From the IMG/VR virus record IMGVR_UViG_3300007633_000003: a DNA stretch of 20,000 nt; one strand, written 5' to 3'. Origin of the DNA: an uncultured virus (IMG/VR IMGVR_UViG_3300007633_000003). Its lineage: Duplodnaviria > Heunggongvirae > Uroviricota > Caudoviricetes. Positions 9,195 through 18,543 of this stretch are shown here, piece by piece (within the stretch, counting starts at the first letter, position 1; each line of letters starts with the position of its first letter). The position numbers and the translations under genes are program-made. The notes under the pieces are model-generated. The model made no database searches. It saw nothing but the letters and a program-made list of their open reading frames with translations, and was not told the DNA's origin.

Positions 9195-10073
9195 TTAGTA
9201 ATATTTAATAAAATCAATCAATTTGGAAATTGTGATTTTTTTTTCTGACTGTGCCAGAACCAATTTTTTGAGACTATCAGTGTCATCACCCAACATGTAG
9301 ATTAAACCATTCATGCTGGATTTGACTATTTCATCATTTGGAAACCTTTTAACAAGTTTGTTGTGAATGTCTGCATACAATTCTCTTTTTTCTTGTTTAG
9401 TTTCATTGCATAACAAGTTTCCAATTTCAATAATAACTGACATGTTTTTTTCTAACTGGAATGGAGACGCAACTGGAGAACCTCTATGCTTATTGGATTT
9501 ATCCTTTAACGAATAAACGTAAAAAGTTTGAAATCCGAAGTAAGATCCTTTCATTCTGTCATTTGACACACTGAAAATGCATGGGTATTTTTTGACTTCC
9601 AACATGTAATCGGAAGTTTTTAAAAACTTAAACTTGCATTTTTCCAGTTGTGACAAAATGTCGAGACTGTAGAGAGCAAATGGACCACTTTGCAAAATAT
9701 CATGCTTATTCTTGTTGTGGTCTACACAAGAATGATTTGGAAGAATTTGTTCCATAATACCCAAAAGGTAACTATTGAAATTTTTGTTAATTTTCAACAA
9801 CATCATCTCATCAAACCCCATTAGGTCGTCCCGAGAATCAATTTTTGAATTTTGTATAGCAAAATTTTCATCAAGATAACTGTTGAATATTTCAATTTGA
9901 AAACAATCTTCACTTGTTGTATCGATATCGCACATGTTTAAACTGTAAAGCTTTCCCATGTAAACATTTTTTCTCCAATAACTACTTGTAATATCAAGTC
10001 CTAGTAAATCCCAGTACTTGACATAATTGATAGTCCAATTTTGAATAAATTCTTTGATATCGGCAACTTGCAT
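9195..10073 (-). CDS. Hypothetical protein, paralog family A (292 aa)
   Basis: Motifs EFIQNWTINYVKYWDLLG, KYPCI, YVYSLK and LIDFIKYY. Confidence 0.8.
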   Translation of the reverse strand: MQVADIKEFIQNWTINYVKYWDLLGLDITSSYWRKNVYMGKLYSLNMCDIDTTSEDCFQIEIFNSYLDENFAIQNSKIDSRDDLMGFDEMMLLKINKNFNSYLLGIMEQILPNHSCVDHNKNKHDILQSGPFALYSLDILSQLEKCKFKFLKTSDYMLEVKKYPCIFSVSNDRMKGSYFGFQTFYVYSLKDKSNKHRGSPVASPFQLEKNMSVIIEIGNLLCNETKQEKRELYADIHNKLVKRFPNDEIVKSSMNGLIYMLGDDTDSLKKLVLAQSEKKITISKLIDFIKYY

Positions 10074-10104
10074 GATTTTTTAAAAAAAAAATAATCAATT
10101 TAAT

Positions 10105-11019
10105 TTAGTATGATTTTATAAAATCAATAAGATCCAATATATTAAAATTATCAGAAATCATTAGAAATGAAAGTTCTCTAAAATGTTTTGTTTTTTCAAT
10201 GCTGTTAATTATTTCCATTAATATGAAATTTAATATTTCTAATTCCGGTACATTTTTTGCCAAGTTGAGTTGAATATTTAGGTAAATTGCTTTTTTATCT
10301 AATCTTTTTTCAGAATATATTAACTTTCCAAGTTCCATTATAAGTTGCAATTTTAAAGATTCCAAGTTAAATTGGAAAAGTTGGAAATTTTCAGTTGCCG
10401 GGAATTCCATAAAATATTCAGTTCGTTTTGGTTCAATTGTTTCTGCCAGTGAATATATCCGAATATATTGGTAATTTATACCAACATGATTTTTTGACAA
10501 ACTAATATTTTTGATACATGGAAAGAATTTAATTCTCACATTGTATAATGAATAGTCGTTTAAACTATCTGGACAAACATTGTGTCTTAATTTTAACAAA
10601 ACATCATAGTCGAATATGAAATAGGTCATATCTAAATCTGCCGAGTTTACTTTGTGATCATTGCAATTAAGAAGATTTTTTATAATATTGACATTTTTTT
10701 TATTTTCATAAATTAATTCCAAGTCGTATAAATCCAAATTATCACATTCATTATTGTCGTATTTTTTATATCTTATGATAGTTTTTTTACCTATGTGATC
10801 AAAATAAAAATCTTTTTTTAGAATGTCTATATCCAACTTTTTGGCTGGTTGGAATTTCTTTAAATTTGTATTATAAAATGACAAAATTTGATATATAATA
10901 GTATTATAATGACAATTCTTTCTTGCATCAATTCCAAGTTGTTGCCAAAATGCTAAATAATGAGGAATCCAAGTTTCAACAAATTCTGACATATCACCAA
11001 CATATTTTTTACCTTTCAT
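10105..11019 (-). CDS. Hypothetical protein, paralog family A (about 304 aa; start revised to MKGKK)
   Basis: Motifs EFVETWIPHYLAFWQQLG, YFIFDYDVL, FFPCI, IYSLA and LIDFIKSY. The TTG start at 11049 overlaps the upstream motif. Confidence 0.8.
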   Translation of the reverse strand: MKGKKYVGDMSEFVETWIPHYLAFWQQLGIDARKNCHYNTIIYQILSFYNTNLKKFQPAKKLDIDILKKDFYFDHIGKKTIIRYKKYDNNECDNLDLYDLELIYENKKNVNIIKNLLNCNDHKVNSADLDMTYFIFDYDVLLKLRHNVCPDSLNDYSLYNVRIKFFPCIKNISLSKNHVGINYQYIRIYSLAETIEPKRTEYFMEFPATENFQLFQFNLESLKLQLIMELGKLIYSEKRLDKKAIYLNIQLNLAKNVPELEILNFILMEIINSIEKTKHFRELSFLMISDNFNILDLIDFIKSY

Positions 11020-11060
11020 GATTAATTTTTTGTTAAAAAAAATATTCAATTAAAATTTAA

Positions 11061-11990
11061 TTAATTTTCAATAAGTTGAATAAACTTAATCAAATCTAAA
11101 ATGCTAATATTGCCATATATTTGCATTACTCCAAATTTCTTAATATCTTTAATATTTTCCATTATGTGAAATAATTGTTCAGAAGTTTCATCTACAACAC
11201 ATTTATCCGGAATTTCTGTGATTATATTAGTCAGCATATCCAAGTACATTTTTTTCTTATCTTGGTTGGTTTCATTAAAAATAAGATATCCAAGTTTGAT
11301 CATAATATCTTGTCTGGATAGTTGGATTTTTGGTTGTTTTTCAATATCTTCATTTTTTTCTTTCAATGAAACTATCCAAACAAATGCAGTATTAAATATA
11401 ATTTCTTTTGTATCTGAAAAACATGAACTTCTTATTATTGGAAAATAATATATATTATCATTATTTAATTCTGTATTTATTAAATTCTCAACATTAATTC
11501 CTTCTTTTGTTTTATTTAAAACATCATGATCAAATAAAATAAAATGATCCTTAGCAAAATCAAACTTAGTTAAAGGATTTTTTGTCATTAAACTATTAAC
11601 AGAATATGGTATAATAAAATCATTGTCACTTGAATGATAATTATTTATAATAGACTTTAGTTTTATTTTTTCACAATAAAGTAATTTATTATTTTCTTCA
11701 ATTAATTTTAAATGATAAGATGTTACAGGATTAATTGAATAATCACTATTTACAATTAAATCAGATATGTATTGATATTTAGTAGAACCATATTGTTTTA
11801 AAATATTTTTGTCAAATTTTTCAGCCGGTTCAATACTTTTTATTTCTGATAAATTATAATGTAATACATTGATTAATGTAGAATTGTAAAAAGAAAGATT
11901 TCTAGGATCTTCATTATATTGTAGCCAAAATGCCAAATACTGAGATACCCATTCATTTCCAAATTCTCTAAATTCTTTAAGATCAGACAT
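11061..11990 (-). CDS. Hypothetical protein, paralog family A (309 aa)
   Basis: Motifs EFGNEWVSQYLAFW, FILFDHDVL, YFPII, IVSLK and LIKFIQL. Confidence 0.8.
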   Translation of the reverse strand: MSDLKEFREFGNEWVSQYLAFWLQYNEDPRNLSFYNSTLINVLHYNLSEIKSIEPAEKFDKNILKQYGSTKYQYISDLIVNSDYSINPVTSYHLKLIEENNKLLYCEKIKLKSIINNYHSSDNDFIIPYSVNSLMTKNPLTKFDFAKDHFILFDHDVLNKTKEGINVENLINTELNNDNIYYFPIIRSSCFSDTKEIIFNTAFVWIVSLKEKNEDIEKQPKIQLSRQDIMIKLGYLIFNETNQDKKKMYLDMLTNIITEIPDKCVVDETSEQLFHIMENIKDIKKFGVMQIYGNISILDLIKFIQLIEN

Positions 11991-12029
11991 AATTAATATT
12001 TTATTAAAAAAATATTCAATTAAATTTTT

Positions 12030-14456
12030 TTAAAAATCTATTCCATTGTTGTAAGCGGTATAAATTAATCGTAAACTAATTCCAACAATATTGCCATTAT
12101 ATGTATCTGCAGCATTGCCACCTAATCGGCCAAATCGGATAAATAATAGATCTCCCAATCCGGATCCGGAACTTCCATTTGACCTGTCTCTGGCACTTAA
12201 AATTGGTTCAATTCGTAAATTAAATACAACAGATAAGAATTTTTGCCCGACATTAATAGTACGTAACCGGTCATAAGCATCTAAAGAACCAGCAGCTTGT
12301 AATCCAATTGGGTTATCCGATACATCACTTAAAGAACCAGAATCATCTTCAAAATCAACAATATAACCGGCACCAATAGAAAATAATACATCACCCGGTG
12401 TTACAGAAGTACCAAAAAACCGCAATTCAAATGTTAATCCTTTACTTGTATCAATATCATTTGGAAATTCAAATGGAATACTTAAAAATCTATTAGATCC
12501 GGTTCGGAATGAATTATCTACTCCTTTAATTGACAACTCATTTCCAAATGCATCTTGGCCAATATAAACATTTTCATTTTGAGGAGTACTATTGACAGAT
12601 TCTGTTAATCGAATTGGAATAGTAATTGCTTTCCGGATTTGGGCATCATTAAAATATTCAATATAGCCGGTACTATTTATTTCTGTCCGGTTAGTATGCA
12701 ATTTTATTAAATCAGTAGTTGGCATAATCGATAAAGCGGCAACTAACCGGAGTCTAATCCAATATGCAGTAACTGTACCAATAGTAAGCAATACTTGGTC
12801 AATCCTGGTATTTTTGGAATCCGGATCTCGGGTAGAACCTAATCGGATTTGATAATTGCCAAGTTGGAATAAATTTTTGTAATCAATTGGCAAAAACGGT
12901 TCGTTGCTTAATGTTATCATTCGGTCTGCAATTGCCCAAACCGATCCATTCCAGTATTCAACTAACAAATTTGAAGAATCAACCAAATCGGAAGAAGTTG
13001 TAATATTTATTTTAAATCCGGAAAATAAGAATTTTTCAGATGCCAATAATAGACACTGATCTGCAGTAATCCCATTAAATAAATTTGTATTTACTTGGTT
13101 ATTAAAATCATTTTGCTCGGTCAAATTTGCAACCGGATCGGTATTGTTTGCGGCTTCTCCATAAAAGAATCGAACACCATCCAATAACTGGCCGGTACTA
13201 TCACCTGCACCAAATACAGATTCTTGAGGCTGATCTGGAGTGCCAACTTGCAATTCACCACGAACCGATAACCCACTATCTCTTTGTCCGTATAAAAATA
13301 AAAATCCTCTTACATCATTATTTGAAAATTTAACAATTTTGCCCTGATTAATTGTGCAACTTTGGATACGCAATTCATGTGCAACATTATTTTTAAATTC
13401 AATATCCAAATTGGATCCTGGTTCAAATATGCAAGAATCAACTATTGATAATTTGGGTGTTCCATCAATTTCTATATTTAGAGTATTATCCAATACTGCA
13501 TCTTTAATATATACACCACTACTGACACACTGAATTCCGATATTTGAATTTTTAATAATAAAATTAAAATACTGCGACATTACAGTATTGCTATTAACAA
13601 TTCCTGTAGTATTACCACCCAGCATGCAATTTTTGTAAATACCAAATGTTCCATCAGAATTTATTCCAACTGTATTATTTAAAAAAATGCAATCCGACAA
13701 TATAAGTCCAGATCCGGCATTATAATCCAAACCAGTTGCAGCATTTTCCATAATTACGTTTTTAATTTTAATATTATTTCCGGTAGTATTGTTACTAACA
13801 CACACTGTAGAAGTATTATTTATTGTTACGTTTTCTAATGAAGAATTGTCATTCATTGATATACATGAACCTCCAGTATTTTGCAATATTACAGATTTAT
13901 TGGATACACCTTTTAATGTAACAAACGGATTAAGAACAATAACCGAAGCATTAACATAAGTGCCCGGATATACAAATATTATGATAGGATCTGCAGATGT
14001 TGGAGAACTTCCATTTGCTGAAATAACTGCATCTCTTACATCTGCAAAATCTCCACCAGTTTGGGCAACCGTAATTACTCTTTCCGGATTAAACCCGCCA
14101 CTTGAAATAGTTTCATTACTGATATTAAATATTGACCAGCCATTTGCAGATGCAGATGAAATAATTGTTAAAATCTGAGATGGAATTATATTGGAAATCA
14201 GGGTTCCGATATTATTATTAATAGTTAAATTATTTGTTGCAGAAGTGTTTTTAATTGCCACTGAATAACCAATAGGCGGATTAGCCGGAAGTGTAATAAC
14301 TATCCCGGCAACTGTTGGATTTAAAAGATACTTATTTCCCCTGATATTATTACCAAGATTCCATAAATTAGCAGATACAGCAATATCAGATTCATAGGCT
14401 TTACCAATTGGAAATCCAAAAGTAGATATTTCTCCAAATATTTCCAAGTTTGCCAT
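12030..14456 (-). CDS. Pectin-lyase-like right-handed beta-helix protein; putative virion fibre/spike or glycan-binding protein (808 aa)
   Basis: Beta-helix cap 'ITVAQTGGDFADVRDAV...IIIFVYPGTY...VTLKG' followed by Asn/Gly/Cys-rich rungs (NCMLGGNTTGI, SDCIFLNNTVGI). The N-terminal 'ITLPANPPIGYSVAIKN...NNLTI' module resembles those of viral fibre proteins. Later 'VEYWNGSVW...AYWIRLR' motifs suggest a beta-sandwich. Confidence 0.7.
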   Translation of the reverse strand: MANLEIFGEISTFGFPIGKAYESDIAVSANLWNLGNNIRGNKYLLNPTVAGIVITLPANPPIGYSVAIKNTSATNNLTINNNIGTLISNIIPSQILTIISSASANGWSIFNISNETISSGGFNPERVITVAQTGGDFADVRDAVISANGSSPTSADPIIIFVYPGTYVNASVIVLNPFVTLKGVSNKSVILQNTGGSCISMNDNSSLENVTINNTSTVCVSNNTTGNNIKIKNVIMENAATGLDYNAGSGLILSDCIFLNNTVGINSDGTFGIYKNCMLGGNTTGIVNSNTVMSQYFNFIIKNSNIGIQCVSSGVYIKDAVLDNTLNIEIDGTPKLSIVDSCIFEPGSNLDIEFKNNVAHELRIQSCTINQGKIVKFSNNDVRGFLFLYGQRDSGLSVRGELQVGTPDQPQESVFGAGDSTGQLLDGVRFFYGEAANNTDPVANLTEQNDFNNQVNTNLFNGITADQCLLLASEKFLFSGFKINITTSSDLVDSSNLLVEYWNGSVWAIADRMITLSNEPFLPIDYKNLFQLGNYQIRLGSTRDPDSKNTRIDQVLLTIGTVTAYWIRLRLVAALSIMPTTDLIKLHTNRTEINSTGYIEYFNDAQIRKAITIPIRLTESVNSTPQNENVYIGQDAFGNELSIKGVDNSFRTGSNRFLSIPFEFPNDIDTSKGLTFELRFFGTSVTPGDVLFSIGAGYIVDFEDDSGSLSDVSDNPIGLQAAGSLDAYDRLRTINVGQKFLSVVFNLRIEPILSARDRSNGSSGSGLGDLLFIRFGRLGGNAADTYNGNIVGISLRLIYTAYNNGIDF

Positions 14457-14488
14457 TTATTTAGTAAAAAAAAATAATAAATAATAAA

Positions 14489-15301
14489 TCAAAAATTACA
14501 TTGTAATATAACCCAAGATTGGTATTCATTTATTAATTCTTGTTTTTTCATTCTGGATTTAAACGGAATATTTAAATTGCTTAATTCTTTCTTTATTTGT
14601 GGAACTGTTAATTTTTCAGAAATAATATTTTTGGATTTATCAGATTGAATAGATTTTATATAATTCAAATGAAATTGCAGTTTTTCTAATAATGCAATTT
14701 TTTTATCATAATTAGTTCCAAAGTCAAATCCATTTAATAATACATTTGTACTATTTTGGCAAATACCATTTGGATTAGAAGAATTAAAAATATTAACAAA
14801 TATATTTCGGACATCTGGATTTTTATATGATCTATAAATACCCCAAAGTTGGAACATTGTAATATTTAATGCGGATATAATAAAATTATTACAAATATCC
14901 AGATCAACATCAGGATCAATTCCAATGGCCGACTTTTTAAAATTATCAATATGTTGCCGGACTGATATGTTTTTAAAAGACAAGTTATTTAACATATCCA
15001 AATAAAATTTCATCGTTAAAAATATAATTTTATGTTTTGGGTTTTCAATACTTTCCAATTTGTAATTCAAAATATAATCATCCTTGTTAGTTTGCGCCAA
15101 TTTGATAGTTTTAACAAAATTCTTGCAATTAATTGATGGATACTCCAATTGTAAGAATAATTTAACATATTTAATTGTATCATAATGGAATTTATCCATT
15201 CCAGATTCGAATAAATTTAATTGATCTTCTATAACTGAATACTTGTTTTTAACAATTTTATATTCTTGAAGGAATTTTTTAAGTTTGTGTTCTATAATCA
15301 T
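14489..15301 (-). CDS. Hypothetical protein with a C-terminal HeH (SAP/LEM/Rho-N-like) domain
   Basis: KLTVPQIKKELSNLNIPFKSRMKKQELI matches the helix-extension-helix pattern. Confidence 0.65.
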   Translation of the reverse strand: MIIEHKLKKFLQEYKIVKNKYSVIEDQLNLFESGMDKFHYDTIKYVKLFLQLEYPSINCKNFVKTIKLAQTNKDDYILNYKLESIENPKHKIIFLTMKFYLDMLNNLSFKNISVRQHIDNFKKSAIGIDPDVDLDICNNFIISALNITMFQLWGIYRSYKNPDVRNIFVNIFNSSNPNGICQNSTNVLLNGFDFGTNYDKKIALLEKLQFHLNYIKSIQSDKSKNIISEKLTVPQIKKELSNLNIPFKSRMKKQELINEYQSWVILQCNF

Positions 15302-15356
15302 TATAAGTTATAAATTAATTCTTGTAATAAAAAAATAAAAAAAATAATTAATTTAA

Positions 15357-15818
15357 TTAATTGTTATGTTCATGTTCCTGATCATGTTCCTGATAATCTT
15401 GACTTGGTTGGTTAAACAAATCTTCTATATCGGGATCACAATCTTCTCCACCTATATGAATTTTATTACCACAAAAATCACTCATATAATTGGATGAAAC
15501 AATATAAGATGATAAATAAGGATCATCAATATCATAACCATCATCATTATTATTTGTATTTTGCAATATTTCTTTAATTGAATCACAATCTATTTCATGC
15601 AAGTCAATTATGCTAAAATATTTAATAGCAATAATTTTAGTACCTGAGTTGGAAATATCAAATCCATGTAATAAAAAATAAGGATTAATATCATGTAATA
15701 AATTCAATAAATTATGCATATCCATATTTAATGATGGAATAATTTTGCAAATTTCATCATTCATATTTTTTTTAACAACATCTCTGTTGGAATTTAAGTA
15801 GTAAATATATTTATTCAT
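15357..15818 (-). CDS. Hypothetical protein with an acidic C-terminus (153 aa)
   Basis: ATG-initiated ORF with a D/E-rich tail ending QDYQEHDQEHEHNN. Confidence 0.7.
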   Translation of the reverse strand: MNKYIYYLNSNRDVVKKNMNDEICKIIPSLNMDMHNLLNLLHDINPYFLLHGFDISNSGTKIIAIKYFSIIDLHEIDCDSIKEILQNTNNNDDGYDIDDPYLSSYIVSSNYMSDFCGNKIHIGGEDCDPDIEDLFNQPSQDYQEHDQEHEHNN

Positions 15819-15856
15819 TTTGCAATTTTAATTATAAAAAAAAGAATCAAATTTAT

Positions 15857-16534
15857 TTAGTTATTTGTTTCTGAATTAGGAGGAAGTCCGTTTAACAAAT
15901 ATACCGATTCAATAAGTTTGCCATTATCATCCCATCTTTGAATTGCAGGTCCGTTTTCCCGATGTTCCAAATCAAAATTGTACCAAACTTCTTCAATAAT
16001 TTGGCCTTTATCATTCCATTTAGTCATTGCCGGTCCATTTTCTCTGTGTATATGAGTTAAATAAAACCATCTTTCTTCAATAAGTTGGCCTTGATCATTC
16101 CATTTTTTCCATGATGGAGCATTTTTTTTATGCGAATGGGAATATAAATACCAACCTTGTTCAATTATTTTACCTGCATCATTCCATTTTGTAGTAGCCG
16201 GTTTATCTAAATTATGTATAAGACCCAGATAACACCATTTTTCTTCAATTATTTTACCATTATCATTCCATTTAATCATTGCCGGTTTGTTAATTCTATG
16301 TCGGGCATATGCAAGATACCAATGTTTTTCAATTACATTTCCTTTATCATTCCATTTTATTAAAGCCGGACCATTAACTCTATGTAATGCACCACTAATA
16401 AAATATTTTTCTTCAATTAATTGGCCTTGTTTATTCCATTCTTGGATAGCCGGTCCATCCAGTTTATGATAAAAATTTCCAACTTTATACTTTTTTGATT
16501 TCATTTGGCCATTTGAATAATATGTAATTTCCAT
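15857..16534 (-). CDS. MORN-like 28-aa repeat protein, 7 units, lacking the conserved C-tail
   Basis: HRENGPAMTKWNDKGQIIEEVWY-type units; ends NGLPPNSETNN. Confidence 0.88.
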   Translation of the reverse strand: MEITYYSNGQMKSKKYKVGNFYHKLDGPAIQEWNKQGQLIEEKYFISGALHRVNGPALIKWNDKGNVIEKHWYLAYARHRINKPAMIKWNDNGKIIEEKWCYLGLIHNLDKPATTKWNDAGKIIEQGWYLYSHSHKKNAPSWKKWNDQGQLIEERWFYLTHIHRENGPAMTKWNDKGQIIEEVWYNFDLEHRENGPAIQRWDDNGKLIESVYLLNGLPPNSETNN

Positions 16535-16581
16535 ATTTTTAATATTACTTTGTATAAATTAAAATCAAAAAAAATTAAAAA

Positions 16582-17118
16582 TTATTTGTTGGCAGATTTT
16601 ACATTTTTCCATTTTGGATCTGGTTGAAGTTGGCCATTTAAGTAATAATTGCATTTAATTAATTGACCTTGATCATTCCATTTTTGATAAGCCGGTCCAT
16701 TTTCATTATGTATTTGGTCGTGTAAATACCATATTTCTTTAATTAATTGACCTTGGTCATTCCATTTTTTGTAAGACGGTCCATTTTTATTATGTTCTTC
16801 AATTATTTGACCTTTATCATTTCGTTTTCTGTAAAACGGTCCATTTTTATTATGTAATTCATTATTTAAATACCATTCTTCTTCAACTAATTGGCCTTCA
16901 TTATTCCATTCTCGATAAGCCGGACCATTTTCGTTATGTATTTTTCCATATAAATACCACAGTTCTTCAATTAGTTGGCCTTTTTCATTCCAGAATCGAT
17001 AAGCAGGTTCAGTTTTATTATGTTTTTTATCTTTTATTTTCCAACTTATAGATTTTACTTTTCCATTTGGATAATACAATATATATTTTTTTACGTTATT
17101 GAAATCTATAGAATCCAT
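16582..17118 (-). CDS. MORN-like repeat array gene, 5 units (unit 3 is 8 aa short)
   Basis: 32-aa cap + 28+28+20+28+28 + 14-aa tail QPDPKWKNVKSANK = 178 aa. Confidence 0.9.
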   Translation of the reverse strand: MDSIDFNNVKKYILYYPNGKVKSISWKIKDKKHNKTEPAYRFWNEKGQLIEELWYLYGKIHNENGPAYREWNNEGQLVEEEWYLNNELHNKNGPFYRKRNDKGQIIEEHNKNGPSYKKWNDQGQLIKEIWYLHDQIHNENGPAYQKWNDQGQLIKCNYYLNGQLQPDPKWKNVKSANK

Positions 17119-17154
17119 TTAATCATGCAAATTAAAATCAAAAAAAATTAAAAA
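17119..17154 (-). promoter_or_regulatory. Conserved array spacer: T-tract, then TTTGATTTTAATTT(G/A)CATGATTAA, then ATG (putative terminator plus promoter)
   Basis: Near-identical copies at 17800-17832 and 18503-18534, and variants at 16535-16581 and 19861-19898. Confidence 0.6.
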
Positions 17155-17799
17155 TTATTTGTTGGCAGATTTTACATTTTTCCATTTTGGATCTGGTTGA
17201 AGTTGGCCATTTAAGTAATATTTTTCTTCAATTAATTGACCTTGGTCATTCCATTGTCTCCAAGCTGGACCATTTTCATTATGATATAAATTATTTATGC
17301 TCCAGATTTCTTTAATTAATTGGCCTTGACTATTCCAATTTCTCCAAGCCGGACCATTTTTATTATAATATTTGTTATTTATTTTCCATTTTTCTTCAAT
17401 AAGTTGGCCTTCATCATTCCAAGTTCGCCAGGCCGGTCCATTTTCATTATGATATCTTCTTTTTAAAAGCCATCTTTCTTTAATTAATTGACCCTGGTCA
17501 TTCCACTTTCGATAAGCAGGACCATTTTCGTTATGATATTTTCCATATAAATACCATGCTTTTTCAATTAGTTGGCCTCCATTATTCCATTTTCGGTAAG
17601 CAGGACCATTTTTATTATGATAATTTCCATTTAAATACCATGCTTCTTCAATTAATTGGCTTTTTTCATTCCATTTTTGATAAGCTGGACCATTTTCATT
17701 ATGTTTTTGTTCATTTATTTGCCAACTTATAGATTCTATTTTTCCATTTGAATAATAAGTAATATATTTTTTTACGTTATTAGAATTTGCAGAATCCAT
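17155..17799 (-). CDS. MORN-like repeat array gene, 6 units
   Basis: 32 + 6x28 + 14 = 214 aa. Confidence 0.9.
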   Translation of the reverse strand: MDSANSNNVKKYITYYSNGKIESISWQINEQKHNENGPAYQKWNEKSQLIEEAWYLNGNYHNKNGPAYRKWNNGGQLIEKAWYLYGKYHNENGPAYRKWNDQGQLIKERWLLKRRYHNENGPAWRTWNDEGQLIEEKWKINNKYYNKNGPAWRNWNSQGQLIKEIWSINNLYHNENGPAWRQWNDQGQLIEEKYYLNGQLQPDPKWKNVKSANK

Positions 17800-17845
17800 T
17801 TAATCATGTAAATTAAAATCAAAAAAAAAAAATAAAAATCAATAA

Positions 17846-18502
17846 TTACATGTTGGCAGATTTAACATTTTTCCATTTCGGATTTGGTTGAAGTTGGCCG
17901 TTTAAGTAATATTTTTCTTTAATTAATTGACCTTGGTCATTCCACTTTTTTATAGCCGGTCCATTTTCATTATGTTTCAATTCATGTAAAAACCATTTTT
18001 CTTCAATTAATTGTCCTTTGTCATTCCACTGTCGACATGCAGGACCATTTTTGTTATGATATTTATTATTTAAATACCATTCTTCTTCAATTAGTTGGCC
18101 TTGATTGTTCCATTTTTGATAAGCCGGACCATTTTCATTATGAAATAAATCATTTAGTATCCATACTTGTAAAATTAATTGGCCTTGTGCATTCCATTTT
18201 TGATAAGCCGGACCATTTTCATTATGTAATTCATTTTTTAAAAACCATTTTTCTTCAATTAAATTGCCTTGATTATTCCATCTTCTCCAAGCAGGACCAT
18301 TTTCATTATGGTATAAATCGTTTAAATATAACCCTTCTTCAATTAGTTGGCCTTGTTCATTCCATTCCCGATAATACTGTTTACTTTCATTATTATTTTT
18401 GCAATATTTTTGGTCATTTATTCTCCAAGTAATAGATTTTATTTTTCCATTTGGATAATAATAAATATTTTTTTGTGTATTATTGGAATCTGTAAAATCC
18501 AT
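17846..18502 (-). CDS. MORN-like repeat array gene, 6 units (first unit degenerate, +4 aa)
   Basis: 32 + 32 + 5x28 + 14 = 218 aa. Confidence 0.9.
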   Translation of the reverse strand: MDFTDSNNTQKNIYYYPNGKIKSITWRINDQKYCKNNNESKQYYREWNEQGQLIEEGLYLNDLYHNENGPAWRRWNNQGNLIEEKWFLKNELHNENGPAYQKWNAQGQLILQVWILNDLFHNENGPAYQKWNNQGQLIEEEWYLNNKYHNKNGPACRQWNDKGQLIEEKWFLHELKHNENGPAIKKWNDQGQLIKEKYYLNGQLQPNPKWKNVKSANM

Positions 18503-18543
18503 TTAATCATGTAAATTAAAATCAAAAAAAAAAATTAAAATAA

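Noticed and set aside
17846..17860. C-terminal -SANM/-SANK as a peroxisomal PTS1 or CaaX signal
   Set aside because: There is no cysteine for CaaX, and the K-ending variants do not fit PTS1.
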